From Planctomycetota bacterium (lineage in GTDB: Bacteria > Planctomycetota > PLA2 > JAEUHO01), in NCBI GenBank assembly GCA_050248855.1, contig JBFWRP010000005.1, positions 32,001 through 96,000 on the forward strand: 64,000 nt of DNA. The letters run 5' to 3'. A model generated the notes under the pieces. That model did not search any database, had not been told where the DNA came from, and saw nothing but the letters and a program-made list of their open reading frames with translations. The stretch's first letter is position 1, and every line of letters starts with the position of its first letter. Below are positions 37,326 through 49,863 of the stretch, one piece after another. The position numbers were made by a program, and so were the translations under genes.

Positions 37326-38756
37326 ATGCGTGAACGCGCTACCAGCCGCTGGCACCGGCTCGCCGTCATCGCGACGGCGCTGGCCGTCGTGGCCGCCGGC
37401 CCCGCGGGCGCGGACGAGGGTCGCTACGTCGTCCGCTACGACGACGCGCGCTCCACGGTCGCCTCCGAGCGCCTGCTCGACAACCTCGAGCGCGCCTTCA
37501 GCGAGGTCCTCGAGGCCAAGCCGGATGCCGTCGCCCTGCGCCACGCGGCAGACCGTCTGGTGGCCTCGCGCGAGATGCACACGGGCCAGATGGCCGAGGC
37601 CGAGGCCACGCGCGTGGCGGTGGAGGAAGCCAAGGCCCGCCTGGAGCGCGACGAGCGCCAGCTGCTGCAGCGCCGCACGACTCCGGCGTGGGAGCAGATG
37701 ACGGCCGCCGAACGGACTGCCCAGGAGAGCCGCGAGAACGAGTACCTCGGGCGCATCCGTGCCGCGCTGGCCAACCGCGAGACCAAGGCGCGGCAGGCCG
37801 AGACCGCCTTGGCCCCCACGCGCGCGCTCCTGGCCGCCTACGGTGGTTCGTGGGGTGCGCTCGCCATCGAGCGGGCCGTGATCGAGCCCCAGCGCATCCT
37901 GCGCCTCTCGGGCACGTCGTGGCAGCGCGCCATGCTGCAGCACGCCGATCGCTTCAACGCGTACGTCGACAGCCGCCACGGTTCGTCGCCGTGCGTGCTG
38001 GCCGAGGCGACGCGTCCCTTGCTCTCGCACCGCATCCCCGCAGGCGCGATGGCCACGGGCATGAACGAGCCGGGTCCGGCCGCGCCGCGCATGGGGCCTG
38101 ACCTGCCCGCACCGGCCCCGGACCAGCCTGCACCGCCCCCGTACGGCCGTCCGGCGCCCTACGACCCCTACGCCCCCACCCCGACCGCACGGCCGTCTAC
38201 CGCGCTAGGCCCGGCCGACGCGCCGGGCCCCGCCGACCCGCTCGGCCCGAGAGGCGCTGGCCGCGACGCGCCCTACGGCGCGCCCGGCGGCGAGTTCGAG
38301 CCCGTGTTCCCCGGCGCCCCCGGCAAGCCGGTGCTCGCCCCCGGTGGCGCGCCGACGCGTGCGCCGCACACGGAGATGCACGGCGGCTTCCTTTGGTACC
38401 TCGACTGGGACGACGCCGCTGCGGAGGCACGTCGGACGGGTCGCCTCGTCTACTGCCTCAGCACGCGCGACCAGTGCCACATGTGCGAGGCCGTGCGGGA
38501 CGAGAGCGTCGCCGCGTACTCGAGCGAGATGCAGCGCTTCTGCGTGGGCTACCTCTACGACATCATGAACCCCGCAAAGGACCCGCGGATCTCGCGCGTC
38601 GATGGGTTCCTGCGAACCAATCTCGTGGGCTATTCGATGATGCCGCTCACCGGTTGGGTCACGCCGGACCTGAAGTGGGTGCATGGATTCCACGGCTGGA
38701 AGAAGCCCGACGACTTCCGCGCGGAGATGACCCGCGCCCGCGCGCTCATGCGGTAG
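37326..38756 (+). CDS. Secreted protein: coiled-coil, Pro-rich linker and C-terminal thioredoxin-like domain
   Basis: Signal peptide ..AGA; WYLDWDDAAAEARRTGRLV..CHMC. Confidence 0.6.
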   Translation: MRERATSRWHRLAVIATALAVVAAGPAGADEGRYVVRYDDARSTVASERLLDNLERAFSEVLEAKPDAVALRHAADRLVASREMHTGQMAEAEATRVAVEEAKARLERDERQLLQRRTTPAWEQMTAAERTAQESRENEYLGRIRAALANRETKARQAETALAPTRALLAAYGGSWGALAIERAVIEPQRILRLSGTSWQRAMLQHADRFNAYVDSRHGSSPCVLAEATRPLLSHRIPAGAMATGMNEPGPAAPRMGPDLPAPAPDQPAPPPYGRPAPYDPYAPTPTARPSTALGPADAPGPADPLGPRGAGRDAPYGAPGGEFEPVFPGAPGKPVLAPGGAPTRAPHTEMHGGFLWYLDWDDAAAEARRTGRLVYCLSTRDQCHMCEAVRDESVAAYSSEMQRFCVGYLYDIMNPAKDPRISRVDGFLRTNLVGYSMMPLTGWVTPDLKWVHGFHGWKKPDDFRAEMTRARALMR

Positions 38757-38926
38757 GCAGGCCGATGCTCGCGCCTGGGCGCGCCTCCCAGGCTCTCCCC
38801 TCCCTGCTGCGCTTCAGCCCGGGCCCCGCCCCCAGGTACGATGCCGGGACTCCGGCGGATCCGGCGCCGGGGCTGCGACCGCATCCGGGCGGTCTTCGAC
38901 CTTTCCCGCAAGGAGGATCGACGACC

Positions 38927-39190
38927 ATGACCACTGCTGGACCTGACGTCCCCGTCGCCGAGGGCACGAGGACGGCCCGCGCCTCCGCACGTACGCGGCT
39001 CGCGCTGGCGCTGCTCGCCCTGGGCCTCGCTCCGCTGGCGACCGCCTGCGGCTCGGGCGCCGTCACGGGGGCCGTCCTGGGTGCCGCCGTCGGCGCCGCG
39101 ATCGGCAGCGAGTACGACGAGGACGACTGCTACTACGACGACTGCTACTACTACAAGTCCGGTGACCCGGCGCTCACGTCGAGCTTCTGA
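38927..39190 (+). CDS. Small glycine-zipper lipoprotein with Asp/Tyr/Cys-rich tail
   Basis: AAGGAGG SD; lipobox LATAC; GAVTGAVLGAAVGAAIG; EYDEDDCYYDDCYYY. Confidence 0.7.
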   Translation: MTTAGPDVPVAEGTRTARASARTRLALALLALGLAPLATACGSGAVTGAVLGAAVGAAIGSEYDEDDCYYDDCYYYKSGDPALTSSF

Positions 39191-40077
39191 GCCGTACCTG
39201 GCAGGTCCACGAGGCCCGGAGCCAAGCAGTCGACGAGCGGAGGCAGGCCCCTGGGCAGCTCGAAGCTGCCACAGCCTGGCGTCGGGTTGAGGTCCACGGG
39301 CTCGGGTCGACCGTCCACGTGGACGTACTCGACCTTGCCGAAGTCCAAACCGTGCTCGCGCCGCCAACGGTCGATGCGCGTGTCCGTCGGCACGATCTCG
39401 CGTCGCCGGATCCAACGACCCTTGACCAGGGGACGGTCCGCGAACGCCCGCCACGTCAGCGAGCGGTCGCCGAAGAACCACGCCTTGTGCAGCACGTAGC
39501 CGTCTCCGCTCCGTTCGGGCACGAAGCGCTCCACGACCCAGGTCGGGTCGTCCCAGACGGCCGCCGGAACGTCGTCGCGATGGTCGTGGACGGCGTACGC
39601 GGCAGGGTCCGCAGGCGCCCTGAGGCGACGTGCCGCTCGCCGCGCACGAGCCCGTGCGATCGGCCGCAGCGCTTCGGCGTCCGCGCGAAGCCGCGCCCGC
39701 GCCAGCTGAAGCTCGGGGACGCCGCCGTAGTTGAGGTCGGTCTTGACGATGACGGGCCCGTCCCACGTCGAGTCGCGCAGGACGCGCAGCGTGCTGGTCT
39801 TGGACTTGGCGGCATCCACCGCGTGGCCGTTGACGGTACGCGGGAAGCGCTGGCTCCACGCCCGCCAGGCCGCGGGAACGTAGGTCAGGTCCACGTGCAG
39901 AACGGCGAGATCGGCGTCCACGTGGTGCGCCGGGTCGTCGAGCGTCACGACCTCGATGCCCGCGGCTCGCCAGCGTGCGGCCAGATGGCCGAGCACGTAG
40001 AGACGCACGTCCTGCTCGGGCAGGACGAGCAGGGCGACGCGACGAGCCGGACCGCCGTCGCGTCGCCCCGGGTCCAC
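39151..40077 (-). CDS. Hypothetical protein, possibly ATP-grasp-like
   Basis: PVIVKTDLNYGG, VVERFVPE, FGKVEY..DLNPTPG resemble ATP-grasp elements. Confidence 0.5.
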   Translation of the reverse strand: MDPGRRDGGPARRVALLVLPEQDVRLYVLGHLAARWRAAGIEVVTLDDPAHHVDADLAVLHVDLTYVPAAWRAWSQRFPRTVNGHAVDAAKSKTSTLRVLRDSTWDGPVIVKTDLNYGGVPELQLARARLRADAEALRPIARARARRAARRLRAPADPAAYAVHDHRDDVPAAVWDDPTWVVERFVPERSGDGYVLHKAWFFGDRSLTWRAFADRPLVKGRWIRRREIVPTDTRIDRWRREHGLDFGKVEYVHVDGRPEPVDLNPTPGCGSFELPRGLPPLVDCLAPGLVDLPGTAQKLDVSAGSPDL

Positions 40078-40094
40078 GACGCGCTGCTGGCGCG

Positions 40095-40643
40095 CTACTC
40101 GCCGGCAGGCGGCGCTTCGTCGACGGCGGGTGCCTCGCCGCCGTCCTCCTCGACGACCGCGGTCTCCTCGGCGCCTTCGGCCACGTCGATGGTGACCGTG
40201 CCGTCACCCTGGTCGGTCCACGTCAGCCCGTGGGCCTTCGTGAGGTGGTCCAGCGCCTCGGCGAGGCTCACATCCTTGAAGTCGAGCGTGACCGGACCCA
40301 TGCGCTCACGCGCAGCAGCGCTGACGACGATGTTGACGCCGGCCGTGCGAGCCAAGGCCTCCACGACGCCCAGGCACGTCTCGCTGGTGCAGGCGAGCGA
40401 CTGGAAGCGGTGTCCGTGCAGGCGCTGGGCGGCTTGCTCGGGAGTGAGGGGCTCCGCCGTGCCCGCACGGACATCACCCGTGGGCAGCGTCTCGACGGTG
40501 GACGTGGGTCCCGTGGGCACGGCTTCGACGGGCTGCCAGGCACCAGGCCCGCACGGTGACGGGCAGCAGCGGCTGCGCGCGCAGGCGGCCAAGGTGAGGG
40601 TGCCGGCCAGGGCGACGACGGTGAGCAAGCGGCATGTCTTCAT
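40095..40643 (-). CDS. Lipoprotein with secretin/TonB short N-terminal (STN)-like domain
   Basis: Lipobox LAAC; LARTAGVNIVV..VTLDFKDVSLAEALDHL..GLTW. Confidence 0.55.
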   Translation of the reverse strand: MKTCRLLTVVALAGTLTLAACARSRCCPSPCGPGAWQPVEAVPTGPTSTVETLPTGDVRAGTAEPLTPEQAAQRLHGHRFQSLACTSETCLGVVEALARTAGVNIVVSAAARERMGPVTLDFKDVSLAEALDHLTKAHGLTWTDQGDGTVTIDVAEGAEETAVVEEDGGEAPAVDEAPPAGE

Positions 40644-40764
40644 GGCAGGAAGGTCGACCCGGCACGTCACGGACCAGTCACGGAGCGCCCCGCGGCCCCG
40701 TGCATCGGGGCTGCGGGGCGTGCCGGGGCGCGTGGGCTCGCGCGGGGGCGCCCGGGAAGGCCCC

Positions 40765-40980
40765 TCAGGCGCTGGCGCACTCCTTCTCGAGGCTCTCGAG
40801 CTTCGCGCGGATCTCGCTCTTGGCCTGACCGGTCTTCTCCTCGATCCGACCCACGAGCTGGTCGCGCTTGCCGGCGAGCTGGTCCAGCTCGTCGCCGGTG
40901 AGCCCACCCCAGGTCTCCTGGATCTTGCCGCGCAGCTGCTTCCAGCGACCGCGCCAAATGTCCTTCGTCGACTCGTTCAT
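40765..40980 (-). CDS. CsbD family stress protein
   Basis: GRWKQLRGKIQETWGGLTGDELDQLAGKRDQLVGRIEEKTG. Confidence 0.92.
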   Translation of the reverse strand: MNESTKDIWRGRWKQLRGKIQETWGGLTGDELDQLAGKRDQLVGRIEEKTGQAKSEIRAKLESLEKECASA

Positions 40981-41112
40981 GGGAAGTCTCCTTTCGCGCA
41001 ACGAGGCGCAAGGGGCATGCCGAGGATCTGGCCCGTGCGCGGGCGGGCGACGCGGCGACACCTCCAAGATCGAACGTGCCCCCACGTCACGCGCGGATCT
41101 CGCGCCGTCCCC

Positions 41113-41247
41113 CTACCGCACGCCGCCCCGGAACGGGATGGCGCCGATCTGGAGGTCGTCGTCGTAGACGATCCGACCCGGCTTGGCGGTTCGCAGCACG
41201 CGGACGACGACCCCGTGCTCGCGCAGCATCGTGGCGAGGTGCCTCAT
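41113..41247 (-). pseudogene. Short ORF, probably the C-terminal remnant of a hypothetical protein
   Basis: MRHLATMLREHGVVVRVLRTAKPGRIVYDDDLQIGAIPF; ATGA overlap with the methyltransferase stop. Confidence 0.35.
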
Positions 41248-41930
41248 GTGACGGATGGGTGTGGCAGCCTCGGCGTGCACCGAGCACGAAACAGCGCCAC
41301 CATGCCGACGCGCTCCACGTGGACCTCGTCGAAGCGCTCTTCGAGCTCCCGACGGAGCCCGTCCTCGTCGTCCTCGCGGTTGTGGAAGATCCCGCGCCGG
41401 TTGAACGCAGCCAGGACGGGGCGCGCGCGCCACGGGGTGGGCACGCCGCGGCCGAGGATCGTGCTGCCGAAGAGCACGCCACCGGGTCGCAGCGCACGTC
41501 GGGCTTGGTCGAACGCAACGGCCTTGTGCGCCCACGGGCCCGGCACGCAGTGCAGCAGCGTCGCCATACCCACCGAGTCGAAGTCGACGAGAGCAGGCGG
41601 CCAAGGGCGCAGCACGTCGCCTTCGTGGCAGGAGGGCCCGAGGCGGGCCACGCGTCGCGCCGTGTGCAAGAGACAGTCCGCGTTCAGGTCCAGGAGGGCC
41701 AAGCGCGTGAAGGGCTTCCGCGGTCGCGCGCGATCGAGGTACCGCCCGGTGCCCACGCCGACGTCCAGATGGGCGGGGCCGGCCAGCTCGTCGTACATGC
41801 GCTGGACACGCGACGAAGCGCAGCCCCAGAGCACGGGCAAGTTGAACCGATGCACCACGGTGTCGTAGACCCTGAGCACGAGCGGCGAGTAGACCGCTGC
41901 TCCGTCGGCCGAGGTCCCCGTAGGTTGCAT
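41244..41930 (-). CDS. Class I SAM-dependent methyltransferase
   Basis: HLDVGVGTG, LLDLN, FDSV..LLHCVPG, LRPGGVLFGSTILG. Confidence 0.88.
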   Translation of the reverse strand: MQPTGTSADGAAVYSPLVLRVYDTVVHRFNLPVLWGCASSRVQRMYDELAGPAHLDVGVGTGRYLDRARPRKPFTRLALLDLNADCLLHTARRVARLGPSCHEGDVLRPWPPALVDFDSVGMATLLHCVPGPWAHKAVAFDQARRALRPGGVLFGSTILGRGVPTPWRARPVLAAFNRRGIFHNREDDEDGLRRELEERFDEVHVERVGMVALFRARCTPRLPHPSVT

Positions 41931-42061
41931 GGCGGGATCCTACGCGGCGTCCAACGCCCCGGCCGGAGGGACCAGCCGGCGTTGGATGGCACTCCATCGC
42001 GGGGGCGCCGAGTCCGAAGCGGGTTGCGGGCACGACGGGAATCCGTAGCGGAGGTGATTCC

Positions 42062-42664
42062 ATGGCCGTGGAGCATGCGGATGCGAGCCGGGCCGCGGCG
42101 CAGCGGGACACCCGGCGGCAGCCGGCGGGCCCTTCCCACGGACCCGGGATGCACGGGTTGGCGATCATCGCGCTCTGCGTCGCGGCGTCGGTCGTCTACG
42201 GCGTCGCGCAGGACCTGGTGACCGCCCACCTGTGCGTGGAGTACTTCACGATCGGCCACCCGAAAGTGATCGACTCGCAGGAGCCCGTGGCCCTGGCCCT
42301 GGCCTGGGGCGTGCTGGCCACGTGGTGGGTCGGGCTCGCCGGTGGCCTCGTGCTCGCGGCGGCGGCGCGCGGCGGGCCCTGGCCCAAGCGCAGCGCCAGG
42401 GACTTGGTGAAGCCGCTCGGCTGGGCCCTCCTCGGCATGGCCGTCACCGCGACCCTGGCGGGTGTGGCCGGACACGTGGCCGCCTCGCAGGGCCTCGTGA
42501 AGCTCGTCGGTGACGCCGAGTGGCGCGTACCCCAAGAACGCCATGTCGCGTTCCTGACCAACCTCTGGGCCCATCTTGCCGCCTACGGCGCCGGCGGCGC
42601 CGCGATCCTGCTGGTTGCCGGGCTCGTGCTCCGGGGACGCCGACGCGAACACGCGGCCGCGTAG
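42062..42664 (+). CDS. Hypothetical 4-TM membrane protein
   Basis: GGAGGTGA SD; YGVAQDLVTAHLCVEYFTIGH, WGVLATWWVG. Confidence 0.7.
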   Translation: MAVEHADASRAAAQRDTRRQPAGPSHGPGMHGLAIIALCVAASVVYGVAQDLVTAHLCVEYFTIGHPKVIDSQEPVALALAWGVLATWWVGLAGGLVLAAAARGGPWPKRSARDLVKPLGWALLGMAVTATLAGVAGHVAASQGLVKLVGDAEWRVPQERHVAFLTNLWAHLAAYGAGGAAILLVAGLVLRGRRREHAAA

Positions 42665-42735
42665 GGCCATGAAGCAAAGCGGGCCCACGCGCTCGCACGC
42701 GTGGGCCCCGGGTTGGGGAGACGCGGTCGTCGCGT

Positions 42736-45222
<2,487 letters not shown>

Positions 45223-45224
45223 TC

Positions 45225-45250
45225 ATAGGGCCTGTCTATGGCATTGATCC
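45225..45250 (-). promoter_or_regulatory. Putative OxyR/LysR-type box upstream of katG
   Basis: ATAG-GGCCTGT-CTAT (ATAG-N7-CTAT) at 45225-45239, then N7-ATCC. Confidence 0.5.
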
Positions 45251-45352
45251 GCGCCCTGCATGGCGCCCACGAGCGGCCCCCCCGACGAGAAGGCGCCCGG
45301 CTCCTTGCGAAGCCGGGCGCCCGCATGTGGCGGAGGGACTGTCCGGGTTGGG

Positions 45353-46948
45353 CTAGCGGCGCCAGCGCCCGCGGCAGCTGCCGCGTGACCACGTGTCCTT
45401 GGACAGGAAGATGATCTGCCCGCCCTCGACGAGGTTGCTGCTGCCGCCGATCGAGCCGTTGCGCACGCTGTGGGCCTGCACGACGGCGAGCAGCAGGCGC
45501 TCACCGCGATCGGTCTGGAACAGGTCGGTGACATCGATGATGCCCGACGACTCCCAGTTGCCGACGTCACCCGGGACGGGGTCCGTGGCATCGCCCGGGG
45601 CCACGGCGGTGCGGTCCATCTCGGCCACGCCCTGCCAGGCACCGGTGTTGGGGTTCAGCTGCCAGATCGAGGCCTCGCGACCGGTCGAGCCACCGAACAG
45701 GGCACCGGGGCTCGTGGAGCGATCTTCCTGCACGTAGACGTAGCCGTCCTCACCCCACGTCAGGTTGTCCGGGCTGCGGATGCCGGTGTCCGGGTCGGCC
45801 AGACCATCCGCATCGTGGATGATCGTGAACGTCGCGCCGTACTCGTCGCGGTTGCAGCCACGGCGGCAGCGGCGGCCGAAGTCCAGCTCGATCACGTAGA
45901 TCGTGCCCCAGTTGTCCGAGGGGAACAGCTGACCGCGGCCGGTGCTGGCGAAGACGACCTGTTGGCCATCGTCCGGGTTCGTGTGCAGGTCCTCGGGGCG
46001 CGAGAACATGAACGCGTTGACCGCGGCGGCCTCGGCGTAGAGCGTGTCCTGGTCCAGGTAGCCCGCGGCGTCGTAGCCCGCGTTGCCGGCATTGCCCACG
46101 TCCTTCACGGGGATCTCGACCCAAGCGCCGTCGCGCGACGCGCCGGCGCCGTTGAAGTCCTCGGGGCTCGTGTCACCGTTGTCGGCGACCCACACGTGGA
46201 GCTTGCCGCCCACGAGACCGTTGCGGCGCAGGAAGCCGGAGTTCTTGTGGCCCTTGGTGCCGACGTAGAGGTACATGGGCGCGCCAGCCGTGTCGTCGCC
46301 GAGCAGCAACGCCACCGTGTCCTTGCAGCCGCTGTCGACGGCCGTGACGTTCTCCCAGCCACCGCGACCGAGGTCGGGGCAGGCGTGGAGCTCGCCGCGG
46401 GCGATGTCCAGGGCGAAGATGGAGCCGTTGTCGGACTCTTCGCCCGTGAAAAAGATGTCGTCCCGCAGGCCGTAGTCGCCCTTCTCGACCAGCTGCGCCG
46501 AGCAGAGGCGGTTCAGGCCGCCACCGATCTGCGCCGCCGAGGTGACCTCGTCACCGTTGCGATCGAAGATCGTGTCGTAGGCCTGACCGGCGCCGCAGAG
46601 GTCGCGCGTCTTGCGGTCGAAGTCGAAGTAGCTGATGCGCGCGCCGGTCAGGGCCGTGCCGTTGGCCAGCGTGTAGCTCTTGCCCAGGCCCACGGCCAGC
46701 TCGTGGTTGGCGAACACGCGAACGGTGTTCTTGTCCAGCCGGATCGCGCCGGTGCCGTCCAGCACACCGACGGGGGTGTAGCCATCCACCGTCTCGCTGA
46801 CGGTGAACGCCGCGTCGACGGACCAGCCGTTCTCGCCGGTCATCATCGGGTCGTACGGCGTGGTGTACGACGCCGCGACGGCCACGGCCGTCGCGAGGCC
46901 CGCGCCGACAAGCGCGAGGCCGAGAGAGGGAAGTCGGTTCTTCTTCAC
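45353..46948 (-). CDS. PhoX-family (DUF839) alkaline phosphatase
   Basis: GTG after AGGAG; signal peptide; NHE, RLCS, TGEE, GRGGWEN, SRPED, SPDN, QED, WESSG, QAH. Confidence 0.8.
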   Translation of the reverse strand: MKKNRLPSLGLALVGAGLATAVAVAASYTTPYDPMMTGENGWSVDAAFTVSETVDGYTPVGVLDGTGAIRLDKNTVRVFANHELAVGLGKSYTLANGTALTGARISYFDFDRKTRDLCGAGQAYDTIFDRNGDEVTSAAQIGGGLNRLCSAQLVEKGDYGLRDDIFFTGEESDNGSIFALDIARGELHACPDLGRGGWENVTAVDSGCKDTVALLLGDDTAGAPMYLYVGTKGHKNSGFLRRNGLVGGKLHVWVADNGDTSPEDFNGAGASRDGAWVEIPVKDVGNAGNAGYDAAGYLDQDTLYAEAAAVNAFMFSRPEDLHTNPDDGQQVVFASTGRGQLFPSDNWGTIYVIELDFGRRCRRGCNRDEYGATFTIIHDADGLADPDTGIRSPDNLTWGEDGYVYVQEDRSTSPGALFGGSTGREASIWQLNPNTGAWQGVAEMDRTAVAPGDATDPVPGDVGNWESSGIIDVTDLFQTDRGERLLLAVVQAHSVRNGSIGGSSNLVEGGQIIFLSKDTWSRGSCRGRWRR

Positions 46949-47006
46949 GGTGATTGCTCTCCTGCAGGGACAGGGTTGGGGGACCGCAGGATTGGAGAGG
47001 CTCACC

Positions 47007-47067
47007 GTGAAGGCATGATGCGCGCCATAGGGAAGGAAGATGACCGGCAGGAGAAGACGAGATGAAC
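47007..47067 (-). promoter_or_regulatory. Putative PHO-box-like 11-nt-phased repeats upstream of phoX
   Basis: Minus-strand GTTCAT, CTTCTC, GGTCAT and CTTCAC at 47062, 47051, 47040 and 47007. Confidence 0.4.
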
Positions 47068-47273
47068 GAGCGCAAGCGTTTCAATCAGGACTTGGACGAA
47101 GTCGAGGATACCGAGTGCGGGCAAATCTCATGGAAGATCGAGTCGCGGCAAGCACGACTGCACGATCGCAGCGCACCGCCGGGCGTACTCGACGTCCGAG
47201 GCCATGAGCTCGCGGATCAACGTCCGATCCTCCCACCCTACGGCAGCGCGATCCCGGCCCGCCTGCGATGTGG

Positions 47274-48995
47274 CTACTCGATCCGCACGTTGACGACGGC
47301 GTGCTCACCAGCAGCGATCTCGACGAGCTCGCGGCCACTGGTGCGGCCGTCGCCGGTGCCGCCCGTCACGACGAGCGGACCAGCAGGCACGACCACGGGC
47401 GGCGCCAAGCCTGCCGTGTAGGGCACGCGGGAGTGCCCGAACATCCAGTGGAGGGGCCCTTGCTTCTGCGGGGCCAGGAAGAGACTGCCGATGCCGACGT
47501 GGGGTACGCCCTCCACGTCCAGCTGGACCTGGACGCTCGGAAGCTGGTCGAGATCCACATCCAACGCGATGTGCTGCTGGCCACGCAACTCCAGGGTCTC
47601 CACCGCGTTGCCGCCGATCAGCAGCTCGTAGGTTCCCGGCACCAGCTGGAGCTCGAAGGCCTGGCCGCGGTGGAGGACCGCGTCGAAGCCGCGCAGGTAG
47701 ACCGAGCGACGATCCTGCAGGAGCTTGACGAGCGTGCGGATGTCGGGGCGCTGCGACGTGAGCCGGAGAGTGACCGGGGTGATCGAAGCCCCCTCCGTCC
47801 GCCGCAGCGGCACGAGGACGGGGCCCGAGGTCGCCGACTCCAGGGAGCGCGCGACGACGGGTAGCTCTTGGGGCTCATGGCCCGGTGCCTCGACACGCAC
47901 GCCGCCGCAGGCCACCTCCGCCGGTGCCCCTTCCCGCACGACGATGTACTCCCGGAAGTAGTCTGCGTGGAGCACGGGTTGCGTCAGTCCCAGCAGCGCT
48001 TCACGCCCATACCAGAGCCCGGCGTACGCTTGGCGGAGCAGGGTCCACTCGTTCTTGAACTTGCCGGCCTCCGAAACGCGCTTGATGGGCGAGATGGTGG
48101 CCGCGCCCAGGGGCTTCCCCGACTCCGCATCGACGGCCCGCAGCCACGTCAGTCGGAGGGGAGCCACCATCAGCTGGAGGACGCGACCCACGCCGGGGCG
48201 CACGGCATCGTGCATGGGCTTCGCGGCGCCCTCGGAGTCGAGCAGCTGCATGGGTGTGCTCCAGCCGCTCGCGTACGCTCGGTAGAGGCGACCCGCGTCG
48301 AGCCCTTCCACGCACGCCACGCCCGAGCCGTCGGTCGTGACCTGGCGACCATCCTCGAGAAACCACCCCCCGGGTCCGCGTACGGGGCCCGCCTCCCCAC
48401 GCGCCCCGATGTCGATCGGGTAGACGACGACGTCGAGGCCCGGCACGGGCTTGCCCTGGAGGTCGACGGTGCGGACCTCGAGAGGAGCGCCCGCTTCGAG
48501 CACCACGTCGATGCCATCCACGGGCAGGTCGTCGAGCACCACGAACGCGGGCGCCAAGGAGGCCCCACCGCGCGCGGTCACACCAAGGGGATACGACAGC
48601 GCATCGACCTCGAGCGTGCACACGCCGTCCGCACCGGACGTGCCCTCGAGGATCTTGCCCTCTTCCTCGCCCGGCTCGAGCTCACGCACCTCGACGCGCG
48701 CCCCCTCCAGCGGTCGGTCGCCGTGGCTCACGCGCACCGTGAGGCGTGCGAGCCCAGGTGCCCCCCCCGGGCGCCCGACAGGCGGAGCCACCTCCGGGCC
48801 GGGCGAGCCTGCAATCAGGGGGGCGGGGGCGCCCGTGAGGCCGGGCGTGGGCGTGCTCACCGCGTCGACGGACGCGGTCCCGGCACGGTGCCCATCAGGC
48901 AGCTCGGGCGGCTGACTCGCACTCCGCTGGAGCAGCCAGAGTGCGGCGAGCCCCCCGAACACGATCCCGGCAAGGACCCCGGCTCTGGCGCGCAT
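47274..48995 (-). CDS. Membrane-anchored carboxypeptidase-regulatory-like domain protein
   Basis: GGAGGT SD; N-terminal TM; beta-sandwich repeats (RPLEGARVEV..SGADG, VDLQGKPVPG..TTDGSG, VDAESGKPL). Confidence 0.65.
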   Translation of the reverse strand: MRARAGVLAGIVFGGLAALWLLQRSASQPPELPDGHRAGTASVDAVSTPTPGLTGAPAPLIAGSPGPEVAPPVGRPGGAPGLARLTVRVSHGDRPLEGARVEVRELEPGEEEGKILEGTSGADGVCTLEVDALSYPLGVTARGGASLAPAFVVLDDLPVDGIDVVLEAGAPLEVRTVDLQGKPVPGLDVVVYPIDIGARGEAGPVRGPGGWFLEDGRQVTTDGSGVACVEGLDAGRLYRAYASGWSTPMQLLDSEGAAKPMHDAVRPGVGRVLQLMVAPLRLTWLRAVDAESGKPLGAATISPIKRVSEAGKFKNEWTLLRQAYAGLWYGREALLGLTQPVLHADYFREYIVVREGAPAEVACGGVRVEAPGHEPQELPVVARSLESATSGPVLVPLRRTEGASITPVTLRLTSQRPDIRTLVKLLQDRRSVYLRGFDAVLHRGQAFELQLVPGTYELLIGGNAVETLELRGQQHIALDVDLDQLPSVQVQLDVEGVPHVGIGSLFLAPQKQGPLHWMFGHSRVPYTAGLAPPVVVPAGPLVVTGGTGDGRTSGRELVEIAAGEHAVVNVRIE

Positions 48996-49246
48996 CGACC
49001 CACCTCCAGGGAGCCCAACGAAGCCGGACGTCTGGCGTTCGCGCGGAGGGCAGCGCGGCACCCCCGGATCGACGCTCGGGCGTAGCGGGGAGGACCGCGT
49101 GCCCGCCATCGCCGCCTAGCCCACCAGCCCGTGCGGGCTCCATGCGCGACGACGACGCCGTCGTCAGACTCCATCCCGACCGACGACCCGGCCAGAGCCT
49201 GCGGTCCCGCGACGGCGCGTTCGGCCTCGCCCCCGGGCGAGGGATG

Positions 49247-49690
49247 TCAGGCAAGCTTCAAGACCACGTCGTCGGCGGCCGTGTCCGTCAGGCCACACGC
49301 GCGGTAGAGCTCCATCGCGGCAGGGTTGCTGCGGTTCGTGACGACCCACACCCCGCGCGCGTCCACCGCACGCGCTTCCTCGAGGAACGCCTCGACGAGG
49401 CGCCGGCCGATGCCCTGGCGCCGCCAAGCGCGTGCGACATCGATCTCGTAGAGCAACAGGTGGGGCCGACGTGCATGCGGCGTAGGCAGGCGATGGCCGA
49501 TCAAGCTGCCGACGGCCGCCCCATCCACCTCGGCAACCAGGAGGTAGCTGGCGTCGTCCTCCAAGAAGGCTGCGAGGGCCGTCGCGTCCACAGGCGTGTG
49601 TCCGTTGACATCTTCAACGGCTCGGCATGCAAGCTCGAGCCCGCTGGCGCCGACGCGAACCACGCGGACATCGTTCGCTCGCTGACCCAT
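49247..49690 (-). CDS. GNAT N-acetyltransferase (copy 1)
   Basis: LYEIDV..WRRQGIGRRLV, TNRSNPAAMELYRACG. Confidence 0.9.
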   Translation of the reverse strand: MGQRANDVRVVRVGASGLELACRAVEDVNGHTPVDATALAAFLEDDASYLLVAEVDGAAVGSLIGHRLPTPHARRPHLLLYEIDVARAWRRQGIGRRLVEAFLEEARAVDARGVWVVTNRSNPAAMELYRACGLTDTAADDVVLKLA

Positions 49691-49863
49691 CGCGGCTCCT
49701 CGCAGGACCGCACGCAAGCGTAGGACATCCGGCGGTCCCTCGCTCGGCCGCGGCCCTCGCCAAGCGGGTGCGCTCGGTGGACACGGGCTACCGTGGGCGC
49801 CGCCTGACCACCCGAGGGGTCGTCGCCTGAATGCCCGACGGCCCCAGGAGGGCGCCAAGCAGG

